Source: Rhodothermales bacterium
Lineage (GTDB): Bacteria; Bacteroidota; Rhodothermia; Rhodothermales; UBA10348
Length of the DNA stretch: 64,000 nt
Reading direction: 5' to 3'
Assembly (NCBI GenBank): GCA_029249345.1
Contig: JAQWHM010000015.1
Coordinates: forward strand, 73,036 to 137,035
Made by a program: the position numbers and the translations under genes. How positions within the stretch are numbered: the stretch's first letter is position 1; each line of letters opens with the position of its first letter. Of this stretch, positions 38,052 to 49,670 are shown piece after piece. The notes beneath the pieces were generated by a model. The model saw only the letters and a program-made list of their open reading frames with translations, searched no databases and was not told where the DNA came from.

Positions 38052-39305
38052 ATGAGTAACAAGAAGCGCTTAGGTGTTGGTTTTGTTGGTAGTGGATTCA
38101 TCGCCCGATTCCACATTCTTTCTTTTCAGGCTGTCCGGGATGCGGACATCTTAGGAGTTTGGAGCCCTAATACTGAAAACGCGGAGTCTGCCGCCGCCTA
38201 CGCCCGTGAAATGCGTGTGGGTGAGGCCAAAGCGTATGGGTCCATTACGGATATGATTGCCGATCCGGAGATTGATTGTCTCTGGATTTGTGGCCCCAAC
38301 CACCGCCGTGTCGAGAATATGACCGAGATCGTGGATGCCTTGAAGCGCGGTTGCGGTGAGCTAGTAGGTATCGCCTGCGAAAAACCGCTTGCCAGAAATG
38401 TCGCTGAAGCCAATGAGGTCATTGCGCTAATTGAGCAGACCGATTTGCTGCATGGATATCTAGAAGACCAACTTTTCTCTCCTACGTTAACGCGTGGCAG
38501 GGAGATTGCTTGGAAAAGAGGGGCCGCTCTTAGCGGACGTCCTTATCTGGCTCGTGCTGCAGAAGAGCATTCCGGCCCTCACGCACCGTGGTTTTGGAGC
38601 GGTGAACATCAAGGAGGGGGAGTGCTCAATGACATGATGTGTCATTCAGTCGAAGTTGCTCGTTTTCTGTTGACCAGACCCGGAGCACCGCGCAGTTCGA
38701 TTACACCCGTTTCCGTCAATTGTCAAATTGCTTCTCTGAAATGGAGCCGTCCTGAATACGCAGAGTTACTCAGAGAGAGGTACGGCCACGCGATTGATTA
38801 TGGTAAACATCCTTCCGAGGATTTTGCCAGGGCTACGATTGAATATCGGGATGAGCAGGGACACCCTTTGATTGCAGAGATGACGACTTCCTGGAGCTTC
38901 GTCGGACCGGGACTCAGACTTTCGTCCGAGCTATTGGGCCCTGAGTATTCCTTAAGGGTCAACTCATTGGATTCGGGCGGTACCGTCTTTTTAAGTCGTG
39001 AAGTAACAGGTGGTGCTGGGGAGGATTTGGTTGAAAAGCAGAACGCCGAACAAGGTGATATGCCGTACGTGGGAAATGAAGCCGCTGAGTACGGGTACGA
39101 GGACGAGAATAGGTATATGATCCGTTGCTTCTTGGATGGTAAGCAGCCTTGGGAAAACTTCTATGATGGGCTCGAAGTCACCGAATTGTTGATGACGGCG
39201 TACATGAGTGCAGAAAAAGGATGCAAAATTGACTGGAAACCAGACAATCTGGATACCTACATACCTCCAGTAGCTAGAGGCGATTGGAATCCGGGAGCTG
39301 AGTAA
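38052..39305 (+). CDS. Gfo/Idh/MocA-family NAD(P)-dependent oxidoreductase
   Basis: 417 aa. N-terminal Rossmann motif LGVGFVGSGFIARFH and EKP motif (ACEKPLA). Confidence 0.88.
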   Translation: MSNKKRLGVGFVGSGFIARFHILSFQAVRDADILGVWSPNTENAESAAAYAREMRVGEAKAYGSITDMIADPEIDCLWICGPNHRRVENMTEIVDALKRGCGELVGIACEKPLARNVAEANEVIALIEQTDLLHGYLEDQLFSPTLTRGREIAWKRGAALSGRPYLARAAEEHSGPHAPWFWSGEHQGGGVLNDMMCHSVEVARFLLTRPGAPRSSITPVSVNCQIASLKWSRPEYAELLRERYGHAIDYGKHPSEDFARATIEYRDEQGHPLIAEMTTSWSFVGPGLRLSSELLGPEYSLRVNSLDSGGTVFLSREVTGGAGEDLVEKQNAEQGDMPYVGNEAAEYGYEDENRYMIRCFLDGKQPWENFYDGLEVTELLMTAYMSAEKGCKIDWKPDNLDTYIPPVARGDWNPGAE

Positions 39306-39373
39306 GCGAGGAGTCGTTTTTTAGTTGTCCTGTCGTATGTTGAAAGCTGATTTTTCAATATTCGATGTGCACT

Positions 39374-42300
39374 ATGCGACGCTTTCTAATTCTCTTTTCT
39401 GCGCTTCTTTTCGTGGCGGTTTCTGGTTCTGCCCAGCAAATTGATATGGATCTGTTCGAGGTGATGAAACCTCGAAATATTGGCCCTGCAGGTATGAGTG
39501 GTCGCGTGACGGCCATTGATGCTATCGTCAGTAATCCGGATGTAATCTACGCTGGAACAGCTTCTGGAGGTCTCTGGAAGTCGACTTCGGGTGGTACAAA
39601 ATGGGACCCCATTTTTGACGAAGAACCGACTCACTCTATTGGTGCGGTAGCTATTTATCAGGCTAATCCGGATGTCGTATGGGTTGGAGCAGGTGAAGGG
39701 AATCCTCGCAATAGTCAGTCTGCCGGGAATGGGTTGTACCGCACAATTGACGGGGGCCAGTCCTGGACGTACCTGGGATTGGAAGACTCTAGAAACATCC
39801 ACAGGATCGTACTAGACCCAACAAATTCGGATGTGGCGCTTATCGGCGTTCAGGGGCCAGCTTGGGGAGAAACCGAGGATCGAGGAGTATTTCGCACCAC
39901 AGACGGTGGAAAAACCCTCGAAAAGGTCTTGTATGTGAACGAAAAGACCGGAATTGGGGACATGGTCATGGACCCGTCCAATCCAGATCATATCCTTGCG
40001 GCCATGTGGGAATTCCGTCGCTGGCCCTGGTTTTTTCACTCCGGCGGTGAAGGTTCTGGACTGTACGAAACATGGAATGGTGGAGAAACTTGGGAAGAAA
40101 TCACCTCTGATGATGGGCTTCCAACAGGCGAACTCGGACGGATAGGCTTAGCGTTCGGTACGAACAATCCCGACGTGGTGTACGCATTGGTGGAAGCCAA
40201 AAAAAATGCGCTCTACCGTTCAGACGATGGGGGATCTTCCTGGCGCAAAATCAACGATGACAATAATGTGAATGGCCGCCCATTCTATTACGCTGACATA
40301 TATGTCGACCCAGAAAATGAAAACCGGCTCTACAAAATTGAGACCTATATATACGTGAGCGAAGATGGCGGGAAGTCATTTCGTCAGTGGCAGCCTGGAT
40401 ATCAGTCAAATGGAGTTCACCCAGATCATCATGCGTTCTGGGTTTCTGCCACAGATCCAAGTTTTATCATTGAAGGAAATGATGGTGGAATGTCGATAAC
40501 GCGGGACAAGGGGCAGACATGGCGCTTTGTGGAAAACCTGCCGGTAGCGCAGTTCTATCATATTAACGTGGACAACGAATTTCCGTATAACGTGATGGGC
40601 GGAATGCAGGATAATGGCTCCTGGGTTGGCCCAGGGTATGTCCTGAGATCGGGCGGAATCAGGAATTCATATTGGCAGGAAGTGGCATTTGGAGATGGTT
40701 TTGATGTTTCGCCAGATCCTGATAATTCTCGGTATGGATACGCCATGAGCCAGGGAGGCTCCATAAGCACCTTTGATAAGGAAACGGGCAACAGTTCAAG
40801 TATAAAGCCACGGCATCCGGATCCAGACGTGTTCCTTCGTTATAACTGGGATGCAGCCTTTGCGCAAAGCCCTCATGACGCATCTACCATCTATTACGGA
40901 AGTCAGTATCTACACAAATCCACCAACAAGGGGATGAGTTGGGAGGTTATTTCTCCAGATCTGACAACCAATGACCCTGAAAAACAGAAGCAGATGGTTT
41001 CAGGTGGGTTGACATATGATGCAACTCAAGCTGAAAATCATACCACGATAGTTTCCATCGGTGTCTCACCCGTGGAAGAGGGAATCCTGTGGGTCGGTAC
41101 CGATGATGGTAACATTCAACTGAGTCGAGATGGCGGTGTATCTTGGACAGAGGTTGGGTCCCGAGTTAATGATGTAGCCGAGAAGTCTTGGGTACACCAG
41201 TTAAAGCCATCTCCGTTTAATGCGGCCGAAGTTGTGGCTGTATATGACGATCATCGCCAGAATAATTGGGAGCCTTACGTTTATCGGTCTCGAGATTGGG
41301 GTCGGTCGTGGCAGCGTCTCGTAGATGAGAACGATGTATACGGATTCGCCCTTTCCTATATCCAGGATCCAACCGAAGAAAACCTGGAGTTTATCGGGAC
41401 TGAATTTGGGCTGTACGTTTCCATCGATGATGGAGCAAGCTGGACCAAGTGGACTCAAGGATATCCGACTGCTTCAACAATGGATTTGGCGATTCAAGAG
41501 CGCGAGGCGGATCTCGTGATAGGAACGTTTGGTCGAAGTGCCTGGGTATTGGATGATATTCGTCCCCTCCGCACACTGGCCTCCGAAGGGGCTTCCGTTC
41601 TGGATGAAGCAGTACGTGTGTTTCCAACTCCAACAGCCTATCAGGCATCGAATATTCAGGCTGAAGGGACCCGTTTCAAGGCAGATGCCATTTATGCAGG
41701 CCAGAATCGTGGAGCTGGAGCGCGGATTACCTATGCGGTGAATCCAGATGCCTATTCGCTGGAATCGACTGAGGAGAATGACACGGACGAAGAGAAGGCC
41801 GAAGCACCGGACGAAGTAAAGATTGAAATCCTCGAAAATGGTGAGGTAATTCGCACGTTCGATGGTCCCGCCAAAAAAGGCCTCAATCGAACCGGGTGGT
41901 CCATGGATCGAAAAGGTGTAAGGGGTCCAAGCCGGACGGCACCTCGTAAAAATGCTCCTGAACCGCGCGGAGCCGCCGTTCTTCCGGGCACCTATTTGGT
42001 TCGCGTCACCTATGGAGATACTTCTTCGGAAACACCCATCACCATTGAGTCTGATCCTAGATATGAAGTAGATCTTTTGGCGCTCAAGGAACGACAAGCG
42101 ATGTACGCTGAGTACGAAAAAATGATAGTGGCCGCAGAGAAAATGATGTCGCGGGTTCGAGAAGCAAAAGAAATCGTTAGCACGGTAAATGCGAGTCTTG
42201 GCGACCGGGATGACGAGACCTCGAAAGAGCTCAAAAAGCACGGGAAAACAATAACTGATTCGCTATCTACTTTTCAGGACCTGTATTTCGGAGAGCAGGG

Positions 42301-42559
42301 CAAACAGGGGATCTACAGGGACCCGAATACGATTGGCTCTAAAGTAGGTGGGGCACGAGGTGCGATATTTTCAAGTAAGCGTCCTCCCAATACGCCCGAA
42401 CAGTGGGCCATGTCTCACGCGCGTTTGGCGCTGGAAAACATGCTAGCGGATGTGAATGGGTTTCTTTCTGGAGATTGGACCGAATACGTTAGCGAGGTCA
42501 CTGCTTCCGATGCGTTTCGTATTGATGCACTGGATGGGGTGGAAATAGAAAACGAATAA
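39374..42559 (+). CDS. Sortilin/VPS10-like Asp-box (BNR) double-propeller protein, secreted (often annotated 'glycosyl hydrolase'; activity unproven)
   Basis: At least 10 Asp-box motifs (LWKSTSGGTKW, LYRTIDGGQSW, LYRSDDGGSSW, IQLSRDGGVSW, LYVSIDDGASW ...). ATG at 39374 gives MRRFLILFSALLFVAVSGSAQQ. Confidence 0.88.
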   Translation: MRRFLILFSALLFVAVSGSAQQIDMDLFEVMKPRNIGPAGMSGRVTAIDAIVSNPDVIYAGTASGGLWKSTSGGTKWDPIFDEEPTHSIGAVAIYQANPDVVWVGAGEGNPRNSQSAGNGLYRTIDGGQSWTYLGLEDSRNIHRIVLDPTNSDVALIGVQGPAWGETEDRGVFRTTDGGKTLEKVLYVNEKTGIGDMVMDPSNPDHILAAMWEFRRWPWFFHSGGEGSGLYETWNGGETWEEITSDDGLPTGELGRIGLAFGTNNPDVVYALVEAKKNALYRSDDGGSSWRKINDDNNVNGRPFYYADIYVDPENENRLYKIETYIYVSEDGGKSFRQWQPGYQSNGVHPDHHAFWVSATDPSFIIEGNDGGMSITRDKGQTWRFVENLPVAQFYHINVDNEFPYNVMGGMQDNGSWVGPGYVLRSGGIRNSYWQEVAFGDGFDVSPDPDNSRYGYAMSQGGSISTFDKETGNSSSIKPRHPDPDVFLRYNWDAAFAQSPHDASTIYYGSQYLHKSTNKGMSWEVISPDLTTNDPEKQKQMVSGGLTYDATQAENHTTIVSIGVSPVEEGILWVGTDDGNIQLSRDGGVSWTEVGSRVNDVAEKSWVHQLKPSPFNAAEVVAVYDDHRQNNWEPYVYRSRDWGRSWQRLVDENDVYGFALSYIQDPTEENLEFIGTEFGLYVSIDDGASWTKWTQGYPTASTMDLAIQEREADLVIGTFGRSAWVLDDIRPLRTLASEGASVLDEAVRVFPTPTAYQASNIQAEGTRFKADAIYAGQNRGAGARITYAVNPDAYSLESTEENDTDEEKAEAPDEVKIEILENGEVIRTFDGPAKKGLNRTGWSMDRKGVRGPSRTAPRKNAPEPRGAAVLPGTYLVRVTYGDTSSETPITIESDPRYEVDLLALKERQAMYAEYEKMIVAAEKMMSRVREAKEIVSTVNASLGDRDDETSKELKKHGKTITDSLSTFQDLYFGEQGKQGIYRDPNTIGSKVGGARGAIFSSKRPPNTPEQWAMSHARLALENMLADVNGFLSGDWTEYVSEVTASDAFRIDALDGVEIENE

Positions 42560-42580
42560 TCGACCCGATGAGGCTACATC

Positions 42581-43672
42581 ATGTTTCAATCAGCTACGTT
42601 TCAGAAATATCTACTACCAGGCTTTGTCTTTCAATCCATCATTATTGGTGGTGGATATGGTACGGGACGTGAATTGATTGAATGGTTTATGAGTCAGGGG
42701 CCTATTGGCGGGCTTTTAGGTATGTTGGTTTCCACTATCATTATGGGTGTGGTACTGGCATTCACCTTTGAATTGGGACGCCATTTCCATGCCTTTGATT
42801 ATCGGGTCTTCATGCAGAAGCTACTTGGGAAAGCCTGGTTTGCTTTCGAGATAACCTACCTGGCCATGCTCGTACTGATCGTTTCAGTCATGGGGTCAGC
42901 CGCTGGAGAGCTTCTGAATCGCATGCTAGGCTGGCCTGAACTCGCCGGTATTATCGTGCTGATTACAGCTGTGGGTTGGATGTCCTTTTACGGAAACGAG
43001 CTCATTGAAAAAGTATTTTCTCTCTGGTCCGTCGTTTTATATCTGACTTTCTTTGGTGTCATCGCCGCCGCACTGTTCATGTTTAGCGATCGCATAGGGG
43101 AGGTTATCGTCCAATTCGATCCCGAGTCAAACTGGGTCATGAGCGGCATCAAGTACGCCGGGTACAATGTGGGCCTCGCTCCTGCTGCGTTCTTTGTATT
43201 GCGTCATCTTGAAACACGAAAAGAAGCCATGACGTCCGGACTCATTGCAGGGATGTTAGGTATGATTCCTGCTTTGTTTGTGTTTGTAGGAATGCTGGCG
43301 GTATATCCTGAGGTCCTTGGAGAGTCCATACCAGTAGACTTCCTGTTGACCACACTCGGGTGGCCATGGCTTCGAGTGTTGTTTCAGATCGTACTTTTTG
43401 GCACCCTGATTGAGACAGGGGTAGGTGTTATTCACGGATTCAACGAGCGCATTGCCGGGGTATATCACCAGAAAGGCAAAGAAATGCCTCGCGGATTGAG
43501 AATAGGTATTGCAGCTATTCTGTTACTCATCGCCATCTTTTTGGCTGATGCGATAGGAATCGTAGATCTAATCGCAAAAGGCTATGGCACGCTAACTTGG
43601 CTCTACTGGGTGGTCTTCTTGTTACCCGTTTTGATACTCGGAGTTAGGCACGTGTTTTTCTCGCAACGTTAG
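42581..43672 (+). CDS. Polytopic membrane protein, putative transporter (possibly YkvI-like)
   Basis: 363 aa, about 10-11 TM helices, N-terminal [14 protein letters not shown]. Only 21 bp downstream of the sortilin-like gene. The family assignment is tentative. Confidence 0.65.
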   Translation: MFQSATFQKYLLPGFVFQSIIIGGGYGTGRELIEWFMSQGPIGGLLGMLVSTIIMGVVLAFTFELGRHFHAFDYRVFMQKLLGKAWFAFEITYLAMLVLIVSVMGSAAGELLNRMLGWPELAGIIVLITAVGWMSFYGNELIEKVFSLWSVVLYLTFFGVIAAALFMFSDRIGEVIVQFDPESNWVMSGIKYAGYNVGLAPAAFFVLRHLETRKEAMTSGLIAGMLGMIPALFVFVGMLAVYPEVLGESIPVDFLLTTLGWPWLRVLFQIVLFGTLIETGVGVIHGFNERIAGVYHQKGKEMPRGLRIGIAAILLLIAIFLADAIGIVDLIAKGYGTLTWLYWVVFLLPVLILGVRHVFFSQR

Positions 43673-45171
43673 TTGAACAGGTCCGGGGATTTTCTTCGTT
43701 GGGTGGCCTGTTCGTACGAGTAGGCAAACCTGATCAAATCTGGTTCTGCGAAGAGTCTTCCGATAAAGGTCATCCCAACGGGAAGTCCTCCTTCGGTAAA
43801 TCCGATGGGGACCTGAATGGCAGGGAGGCCGGACTGCGGAGATAAGTACTGGCTGTTATCTCCGGCTGGAGAGTCCCAATCACCAATTTCTCGCGCCGGA
43901 TAGCTCCAGGTTGGGTAAACGAAGGCATCCAACTCATGTACGTCCATTGCGCTGAGCACCGTCTCCCGAAATGTAATATTTGGCTGATGAGTATAGAGGT
44001 CAGGGCATGGTGGCTCAGTCCATGCGGCCGTGAACTCGAGCGTGCCTTTGATGTAATCGGCGTACAGACCTGTCTCGATGATGTCGTTCAATGTACCGTA
44101 TGGAAATGATGCCCCACGGGAAGCAAAGTATTGCTCGACATCGTTCTTGAAGACCTCGCACCAGATGTCCTCGCTCATCTCCAGATTTGGGATATCAAAC
44201 GGATCGATAAGTATTGCACCGGCTGCCTCAAGATCCGAAACGGCCTCTTCCATACGCGCCAGAACATCCGCATTAGTTGAGTCCGGGCGCATATACCACC
44301 TGAATACTCCGATTCTGGCATCTTTAAGGCCATCTAGGTCTAGATAGTCCAAGTAGCTTTCAGGCATCTGACCTTCACTGCGAGCCGTTATGGGATCAGC
44401 CGGGTCGTGTCCAGCTATGACGTCCAACACTCTCGCTGCGTCCTCAACGGTGCGGGCCATCGGGCCACCAATGTCGTTGCGCAAATAGAGCGGTACAATG
44501 CCATCTCGGCTCGTGAGTCCCATGGTTGAACGGATTCCAACGAGCGCATTGTGGCTCGATGGCCCGCGAATCGAATTCCCGGTATCAGTGCCCAGTCCGA
44601 TCAATCCTAGGTTAGCGGCAACGGCTGCTGCGGTTCCTCCACTTGAACCAGCGGGCACGCGGGATAAATCATAGGGGTTGCGGGTGGTGCCATCGATAGA
44701 GCTAACCGTTACGAAAGGAGAAAAGGCCCATTCAGCCATATTCGTTTTTCCGAGAATCACGGCTCCTGCCTCTCGAAGTCGTGCGACTTGCCAAGCATCG
44801 TCAGGCGGAAGGAGCCCTTCGAGGGCCTTCGAACCGGCAGTAGTTTGCAGGTCGAAAGTATCATAATTGTCCTTGATGACGACTGGAATTCCGTGCAGGG
44901 GCCTAAGAACACCGGTACGCCTAAATTCTTCGTCTAATTTGGCAGACGAAGCGATAGCACGCTCGTTTAAAATGATGAATGCATTAAGCGTATCATCATA
45001 TTCGGCGATGCGTTCTAGGTATAACTCTGTTAACTGCTGCGCTGTAAGGGTACCGGCTTCGAAAGCTGCATGGACGTCAGAGACGGTCGTTTCTCTGACG
45101 TCAAAGGCTGGCGACGAACAGGCTGAAAGCACCAACAGGGAGAGACCTATAAAACTAATATGATTTTTCAT
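43669..45171 (-). CDS. Amidase-signature-family amidase, secreted lipoprotein
   Basis: 500 aa. Lipobox LSACSS. Amidase signature [32 protein letters not shown] and catalytic-Lys context PVVIKDN. Confidence 0.9.
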   Translation of the reverse strand: MKNHISFIGLSLLVLSACSSPAFDVRETTVSDVHAAFEAGTLTAQQLTELYLERIAEYDDTLNAFIILNERAIASSAKLDEEFRRTGVLRPLHGIPVVIKDNYDTFDLQTTAGSKALEGLLPPDDAWQVARLREAGAVILGKTNMAEWAFSPFVTVSSIDGTTRNPYDLSRVPAGSSGGTAAAVAANLGLIGLGTDTGNSIRGPSSHNALVGIRSTMGLTSRDGIVPLYLRNDIGGPMARTVEDAARVLDVIAGHDPADPITARSEGQMPESYLDYLDLDGLKDARIGVFRWYMRPDSTNADVLARMEEAVSDLEAAGAILIDPFDIPNLEMSEDIWCEVFKNDVEQYFASRGASFPYGTLNDIIETGLYADYIKGTLEFTAAWTEPPCPDLYTHQPNITFRETVLSAMDVHELDAFVYPTWSYPAREIGDWDSPAGDNSQYLSPQSGLPAIQVPIGFTEGGLPVGMTFIGRLFAEPDLIRFAYSYEQATQRRKSPDLFN

Positions 45172-47801
45172 CTTGGTGGGGCGATGGATTTTAAAAACTG
45201 GTCTGCTCCGGTGATCACACTAAAATTGTGATACATGTCAGGGTCTTCTTCCGATTCGAAAATGAGTATTTCTCCGGAATCAAGCATGTGACCACTATAG
45301 AAATATTCTGATTCATAGAGAAGAGTAGGCTCTCCAAAAACACTAACCCGCCCTGAAGCAGACAGACTTTGCTGCAGTAACCTGTTTTCGTTGTAGTCAT
45401 TGAGCAACAGAGCCTTTGAATCTGTCGTCCAGGATTCTAGGATAAAAAAGTCTCCATCAAGGGACAGTCGTCCTATTCCATTCCGGGGCGAAACGGAAAC
45501 CTGAGCATTCCCGTTCACAATGTGGGTGTAGGCTACCCGTTGACCATCGGGGCTAAACTGCCCATTTAACGCCTCCAGGCGCTGATCCAGAAACGGGGTA
45601 AATTCAGACGTATTGAGGTCCAGTAGCCCGAAGCGCTGCGCATCACTTTCAAAAGACGATGATGAGATCAGCAAAAAGTTAGCGTCAGGTGTCCAGTCGT
45701 TAATGGCGATGCTTTCCCTGTTCCCCATTGGAAACGAACGCCGTTGAGTTGGATCAGAAACCGAAATGATCTCAATATATTCTTCCCCATTCCTATCTGT
45801 GACGTAGGCGATTTGGTCCTCAGACGCAGAAAACGTCGGTTCTTCAATTAGAGGTTCCTGTATCAGGACCTCTTCATACGATGTGTAGGGATCCGAAATC
45901 AGCATCTCCATCGAGTTCTCGCCGACATCTCTAACGGTAACTACTGTGCCCTTTCCGGAGACGCCGGGAATTGTGCTGCTTGTAGACGTGAGGGTAAAGG
46001 GAGCGTTATCCGGATCATTGAGCTTCCAGGCTCTAAAACTCTCTTCTTGCGGTTCGGGTTGATAGATGATCCAATGATTTGGGTGATATAAGACCGAATG
46101 CATATTTGCATTAAACAAGTTGACTTTAGGTCCCGTCATGGAAAGGGTGGCCAAATCAAAGGGTTGAGCTACAATCTGATCGCTATCCCACAAGGAATAA
46201 ATGAGGTGACCGCTTGGTGCATATTTGGCATGAAGACCTCCGCTAATTACCAAGGTTGATTCACCCGTATCTCGATCTACTACACGAATCTCACTCTCTT
46301 GGTCGGCGGCGTCCATAATGGCCGTGTACAAAACGTATCTGGAATCAGGAAGGAGCTTGGGCCACCAATAAAAACGCTCGCCCTTCAACGTATCCGGTGA
46401 TGCTACAACAGAAGACGGATCTCCATTTAGGTACAGTTCACGAATGACACCGTTTTGGGGGTCGATTAAAATGGAGTTATTGGAAGACCACTCGATATCT
46501 GAGTTAGCAGCCCCATCCAGCGTGGACAGTAGTTGCCCAGACGGGGAGTACAGATATAGGGATGTTGTACTCGCAACAGCAAGAGTCTCTCCGTCAGGCG
46601 AATATTCGACTGCCGACATTTCGTCTAAATCTGCTATTTTGAGAGTTTCTCCTGCCCTCAAATCTCTACGGAAGAGTCCGATCATTCCGGATGACGTATC
46701 CACTCCGTTGAAGACCACATACTGACCATCAGGCGAAAAATCAGGGTACCCTGCCTCTCTGACTTCTGGAAAAGTCAGCGTGAACCGAAAGGAATCCTGT
46801 GATTCAGGAGCGGGTGGGGATCCCGTCAATGATCCTGCAATGAACCCGCCTGTAAGCAGTAAGGCGCCCAAGGCGTAGGCCATCCAGGAAGGGAAGGTGG
46901 TCTTTTTCTCTGGCTCTTGAGCGAGTGTGTGGTGGGCCGAAGCTGAAATACTAGACACTCTTGAGGGACGATGAACTACGTTCTTTAAGTCCACAATGAG
47001 ATCTGCTGCAGAGTTATATCGAGAGGACGCTTCTTTAGCAAAAAGCTTATTCGTGATCCATTCCAAGTCCATTGGTACGCCCGTACGCAATGCCGTCAAT
47101 GGCTTGGGCTCCTCATTCATGATCGAATACACGATCGCTTGTTCGTAATCTCCTCCAAACGGCAGTGTGCCGGTAATCATTTCGTAGATCACGACGCCAA
47201 GCGCCCACAGATCCGTGCGGTGATCCACTTCGTTACCCCGTGCCTGCTCGGGACTCATGTAGGCTATCGTTCCCATGGTTGAGCCCATTCGGGTTAGCAT
47301 GGTCGACTGAGCCGTTTTGGCTAATCCGAAGTCTAGCACTTTGGCTCGGGCATTTTTGTCGAGCATGACATTGGCTGACTTGATGTCCCGGTGCACAATG
47401 CCTTTTTCATGGGCTTCTTTGAGGGCTTCCGCAATTTCGGTGGCAATACGAATGGCTTCCTCAATGACCATGGGGCCTTCCTTGATCCGCGTTTCAAGGG
47501 GTTGTCCATCAATGAACTCCATGGCGATAAATGGCCTTAAATCATCACCGCTGGATCCTTCTGGAATCGCCTCATCGATTTCAAAAATGCTGGCAATGTG
47601 AGGATGATGGAGTTGTGCAGCAGCTTTTGCCTCTCGATAAAAACGAGTCCGGTCGTCCTGATTGGTCAAGGCGGTCGATGGGAGCAGCTTGAGCGCAACC
47701 GTTCGGTCTAGCTTCGTATCGGTTGCTTTATACACAATGCCCATGCCACCGCGGCCTATTTCGGCGTCGATGGTATAGTGGGAGAGTTTCGTACCGACCA
47801 T
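45168..47801 (-). CDS. Hanks-type Ser/Thr protein kinase with one TM and periplasmic TolB-like (PD40/WD40-like) beta-propeller
   Basis: 877 aa. Kinase motifs [59 protein letters not shown]. Repeated SPDG motifs ([30 protein letters not shown]). ATGA overlap with the amidase gene. Confidence 0.92.
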   Translation of the reverse strand: MVGTKLSHYTIDAEIGRGGMGIVYKATDTKLDRTVALKLLPSTALTNQDDRTRFYREAKAAAQLHHPHIASIFEIDEAIPEGSSGDDLRPFIAMEFIDGQPLETRIKEGPMVIEEAIRIATEIAEALKEAHEKGIVHRDIKSANVMLDKNARAKVLDFGLAKTAQSTMLTRMGSTMGTIAYMSPEQARGNEVDHRTDLWALGVVIYEMITGTLPFGGDYEQAIVYSIMNEEPKPLTALRTGVPMDLEWITNKLFAKEASSRYNSAADLIVDLKNVVHRPSRVSSISASAHHTLAQEPEKKTTFPSWMAYALGALLLTGGFIAGSLTGSPPAPESQDSFRFTLTFPEVREAGYPDFSPDGQYVVFNGVDTSSGMIGLFRRDLRAGETLKIADLDEMSAVEYSPDGETLAVASTTSLYLYSPSGQLLSTLDGAANSDIEWSSNNSILIDPQNGVIRELYLNGDPSSVVASPDTLKGERFYWWPKLLPDSRYVLYTAIMDAADQESEIRVVDRDTGESTLVISGGLHAKYAPSGHLIYSLWDSDQIVAQPFDLATLSMTGPKVNLFNANMHSVLYHPNHWIIYQPEPQEESFRAWKLNDPDNAPFTLTSTSSTIPGVSGKGTVVTVRDVGENSMEMLISDPYTSYEEVLIQEPLIEEPTFSASEDQIAYVTDRNGEEYIEIISVSDPTQRRSFPMGNRESIAINDWTPDANFLLISSSSFESDAQRFGLLDLNTSEFTPFLDQRLEALNGQFSPDGQRVAYTHIVNGNAQVSVSPRNGIGRLSLDGDFFILESWTTDSKALLLNDYNENRLLQQSLSASGRVSVFGEPTLLYESEYFYSGHMLDSGEILIFESEEDPDMYHNFSVITGADQFLKSIAPPR

Positions 47802-47990
47802 AATCCTGAAGTGTGTGAGGGATGCCCAAATAACGGATAATATGCGTTAAACTCAATGAGTCTATGCTGCATTCGACCTTGAAACACATCCTGAATTGAT
47901 AGCGGCGCTTGCCAATGCTGGATTCATCCTATATATAGAAGTAGACTTTCTTGCCGCTACTATTTTGATTATACCGAACGACCGCACTCC

Positions 47991-48740
47991 ATGGGATTAT
48001 CCAGATTCATCTCTTTTAGACTGACACTCGTACTTTTTGCACTGTTATTACCCCTATCTGCGCTAGCTCAGGAGTGGCATCCAGAACTGACAGAACAATG
48101 GGAGCCGGTTCCGGCCATCGTTGAGCCGGGCACGGGCACTTCCGCCCCTTCAGACGCCATTGTACTATTTGATGGGTCTAATTTGGATGCGTGGGAGTCC
48201 GTGCGTGGTGGTAATGCGGGATGGGTGGTTGCTGAAGGCGCCATGACGGTTTCTGCTGGAGTGGGTGATATCCGCACTCGGCAGCAGTTTCGCGATGTAC
48301 AACTTCATATAGAGTGGAGGACGCCTGCTAAGGTCGAGGGAGACGGACAGGGGAGGGGAAACAGTGGTGTTTTCTTCCACGAGGTATACGAAGTTCAAGT
48401 ATTGGATTCCTACGATAACACGACGTATCCAAACGGACAGGCTGCTTCAGTCTATAAGCAGCACATCCCACTTGTTAATGCTTCCCGAGGCCCAGGTGTC
48501 TGGCAGGTATATGACATCGTGTTTTCGTCCCCTGTCTTTGCCGGAGATGGCGACCTAGTCCGGCCTGCTTTTGTGACGGTATTCCACAATGGGGTGTTGG
48601 TTCAGAATCATGTCGAAGTAAAAGGTGATACGGCCTACATCGGCCTTCCTGAATACATTCCACATGGAGCGGGATCGATCAAGCTTCAAGACCATGGAAA
48701 TCCGACTAGCTATCGCAATGTGTGGGTGCGCGAACTTTGA
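47991..48740 (+). CDS. DUF1080 (3-keto-disaccharide-hydrolase-like, concanavalin-fold) secreted protein
   Basis: 249 aa with a signal peptide. Motifs FRDVQLHIEWR, GNSGVFF, YEVQVLDS, IKLQDHGNPTSYRNVWVREL. Confidence 0.85.
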   Translation: MGLSRFISFRLTLVLFALLLPLSALAQEWHPELTEQWEPVPAIVEPGTGTSAPSDAIVLFDGSNLDAWESVRGGNAGWVVAEGAMTVSAGVGDIRTRQQFRDVQLHIEWRTPAKVEGDGQGRGNSGVFFHEVYEVQVLDSYDNTTYPNGQAASVYKQHIPLVNASRGPGVWQVYDIVFSSPVFAGDGDLVRPAFVTVFHNGVLVQNHVEVKGDTAYIGLPEYIPHGAGSIKLQDHGNPTSYRNVWVREL

Positions 48741-48836
48741 TGAGAGGCTTTTACCTGATGTGAGTTACGTATTAAGACGTGAACAAGGAAGGTGGAAAGC
48801 CGTACATGAGCGCTTTGAAACTAATTAAAGACGCTC

Positions 48837-49670
48837 ATGAAACTGAAAAGGACGCCGATACTGGCCCTGATGGTGATTTTCCTCACCGCTTGCGGTGCCA
48901 ATGTTGCCGAACCCGAAGTTCAGATTACTGAAATCGCTGTCGGCGAAGGCATAGAAGCCGGATTTGGGTCGCAGGTATCCGTGCATTACACAGGATGGCT
49001 GTATGCGCCTGATTCAACCGGAAACAGAGGTTCGAAATTCGATAGTTCGGTGGATCGCGGTCAGCAATTCCAGTTTGCTATCGGTCTGGGACAGGTTATT
49101 CCTGGTTGGGACCAAGGTGTTTCAGGAATGAAAGTCGGCGGAAAACGTGAACTGGTTATTCCTCCAGAGCTTGCCTACGGCGATCGCGAAGGTGGCCCTA
49201 TTCCGCCAAATTCAACACTGCTTTTTGAGATCGAATTGTTTGAGGTTGTCGATCTAGGTGGAGACTTGGAAATTGAAGACTTGGCTATTGGAGACGGTGC
49301 TGAAGCCACGCCAGGCATGCTACTTGACGTGCACTATACAGGTTGGCTGTACAACGCCGATTCTACGGATTTCAAAGGGACCAAATTTGATAGCTCGGTA
49401 GATCGTGGCGAAATGCTGGCTGGTTTGCCGATTGCAAGAAGCCGTGTCATTCCCGGTTGGGATTTAGGAATTCCAGGGATGAAAGTTGGGGGCAAACGTC
49501 GACTGACGATTCCGCCAAATCTTGCTTATGGAGATCGGGATCTAGGGGTTATTCCACCTAACTCAACACTGATTTTTGATGTTGAGTTATTTAACGTAAT
49601 CGATCCAGAAGTCGCCGCTGCAGCCGCAGCAGAAAATGAAACCGCCGAGGAGGCAGAAAGCAATGAGTAA
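48837..49670 (+). CDS. FKBP-type peptidyl-prolyl isomerase lipoprotein with two tandem FKBP domains
   Basis: Lipobox LTACG. Two copies of the pattern VHYTGWL...GxKFDSSVDRG...VIPGWD...GMKVGGKR.L.IPP.LAYGD...IPPNSTL.F..ELF.V. Confidence 0.9.
   Translation: MKLKRTPILALMVIFLTACGANVAEPEVQITEIAVGEGIEAGFGSQVSVHYTGWLYAPDSTGNRGSKFDSSVDRGQQFQFAIGLGQVIPGWDQGVSGMKVGGKRELVIPPELAYGDREGGPIPPNSTLLFEIELFEVVDLGGDLEIEDLAIGDGAEATPGMLLDVHYTGWLYNADSTDFKGTKFDSSVDRGEMLAGLPIARSRVIPGWDLGIPGMKVGGKRRLTIPPNLAYGDRDLGVIPPNSTLIFDVELFNVIDPEVAAAAAAENETAEEAESNE

Noticed and set aside
48625-48828. 67-aa ORF bridging the DUF1080 gene end and the FKBP gene upstream region
   Set aside because: It mostly overlaps the DUF1080 CDS in another frame. 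The remaining intergenic part is short, and no motif supports it.
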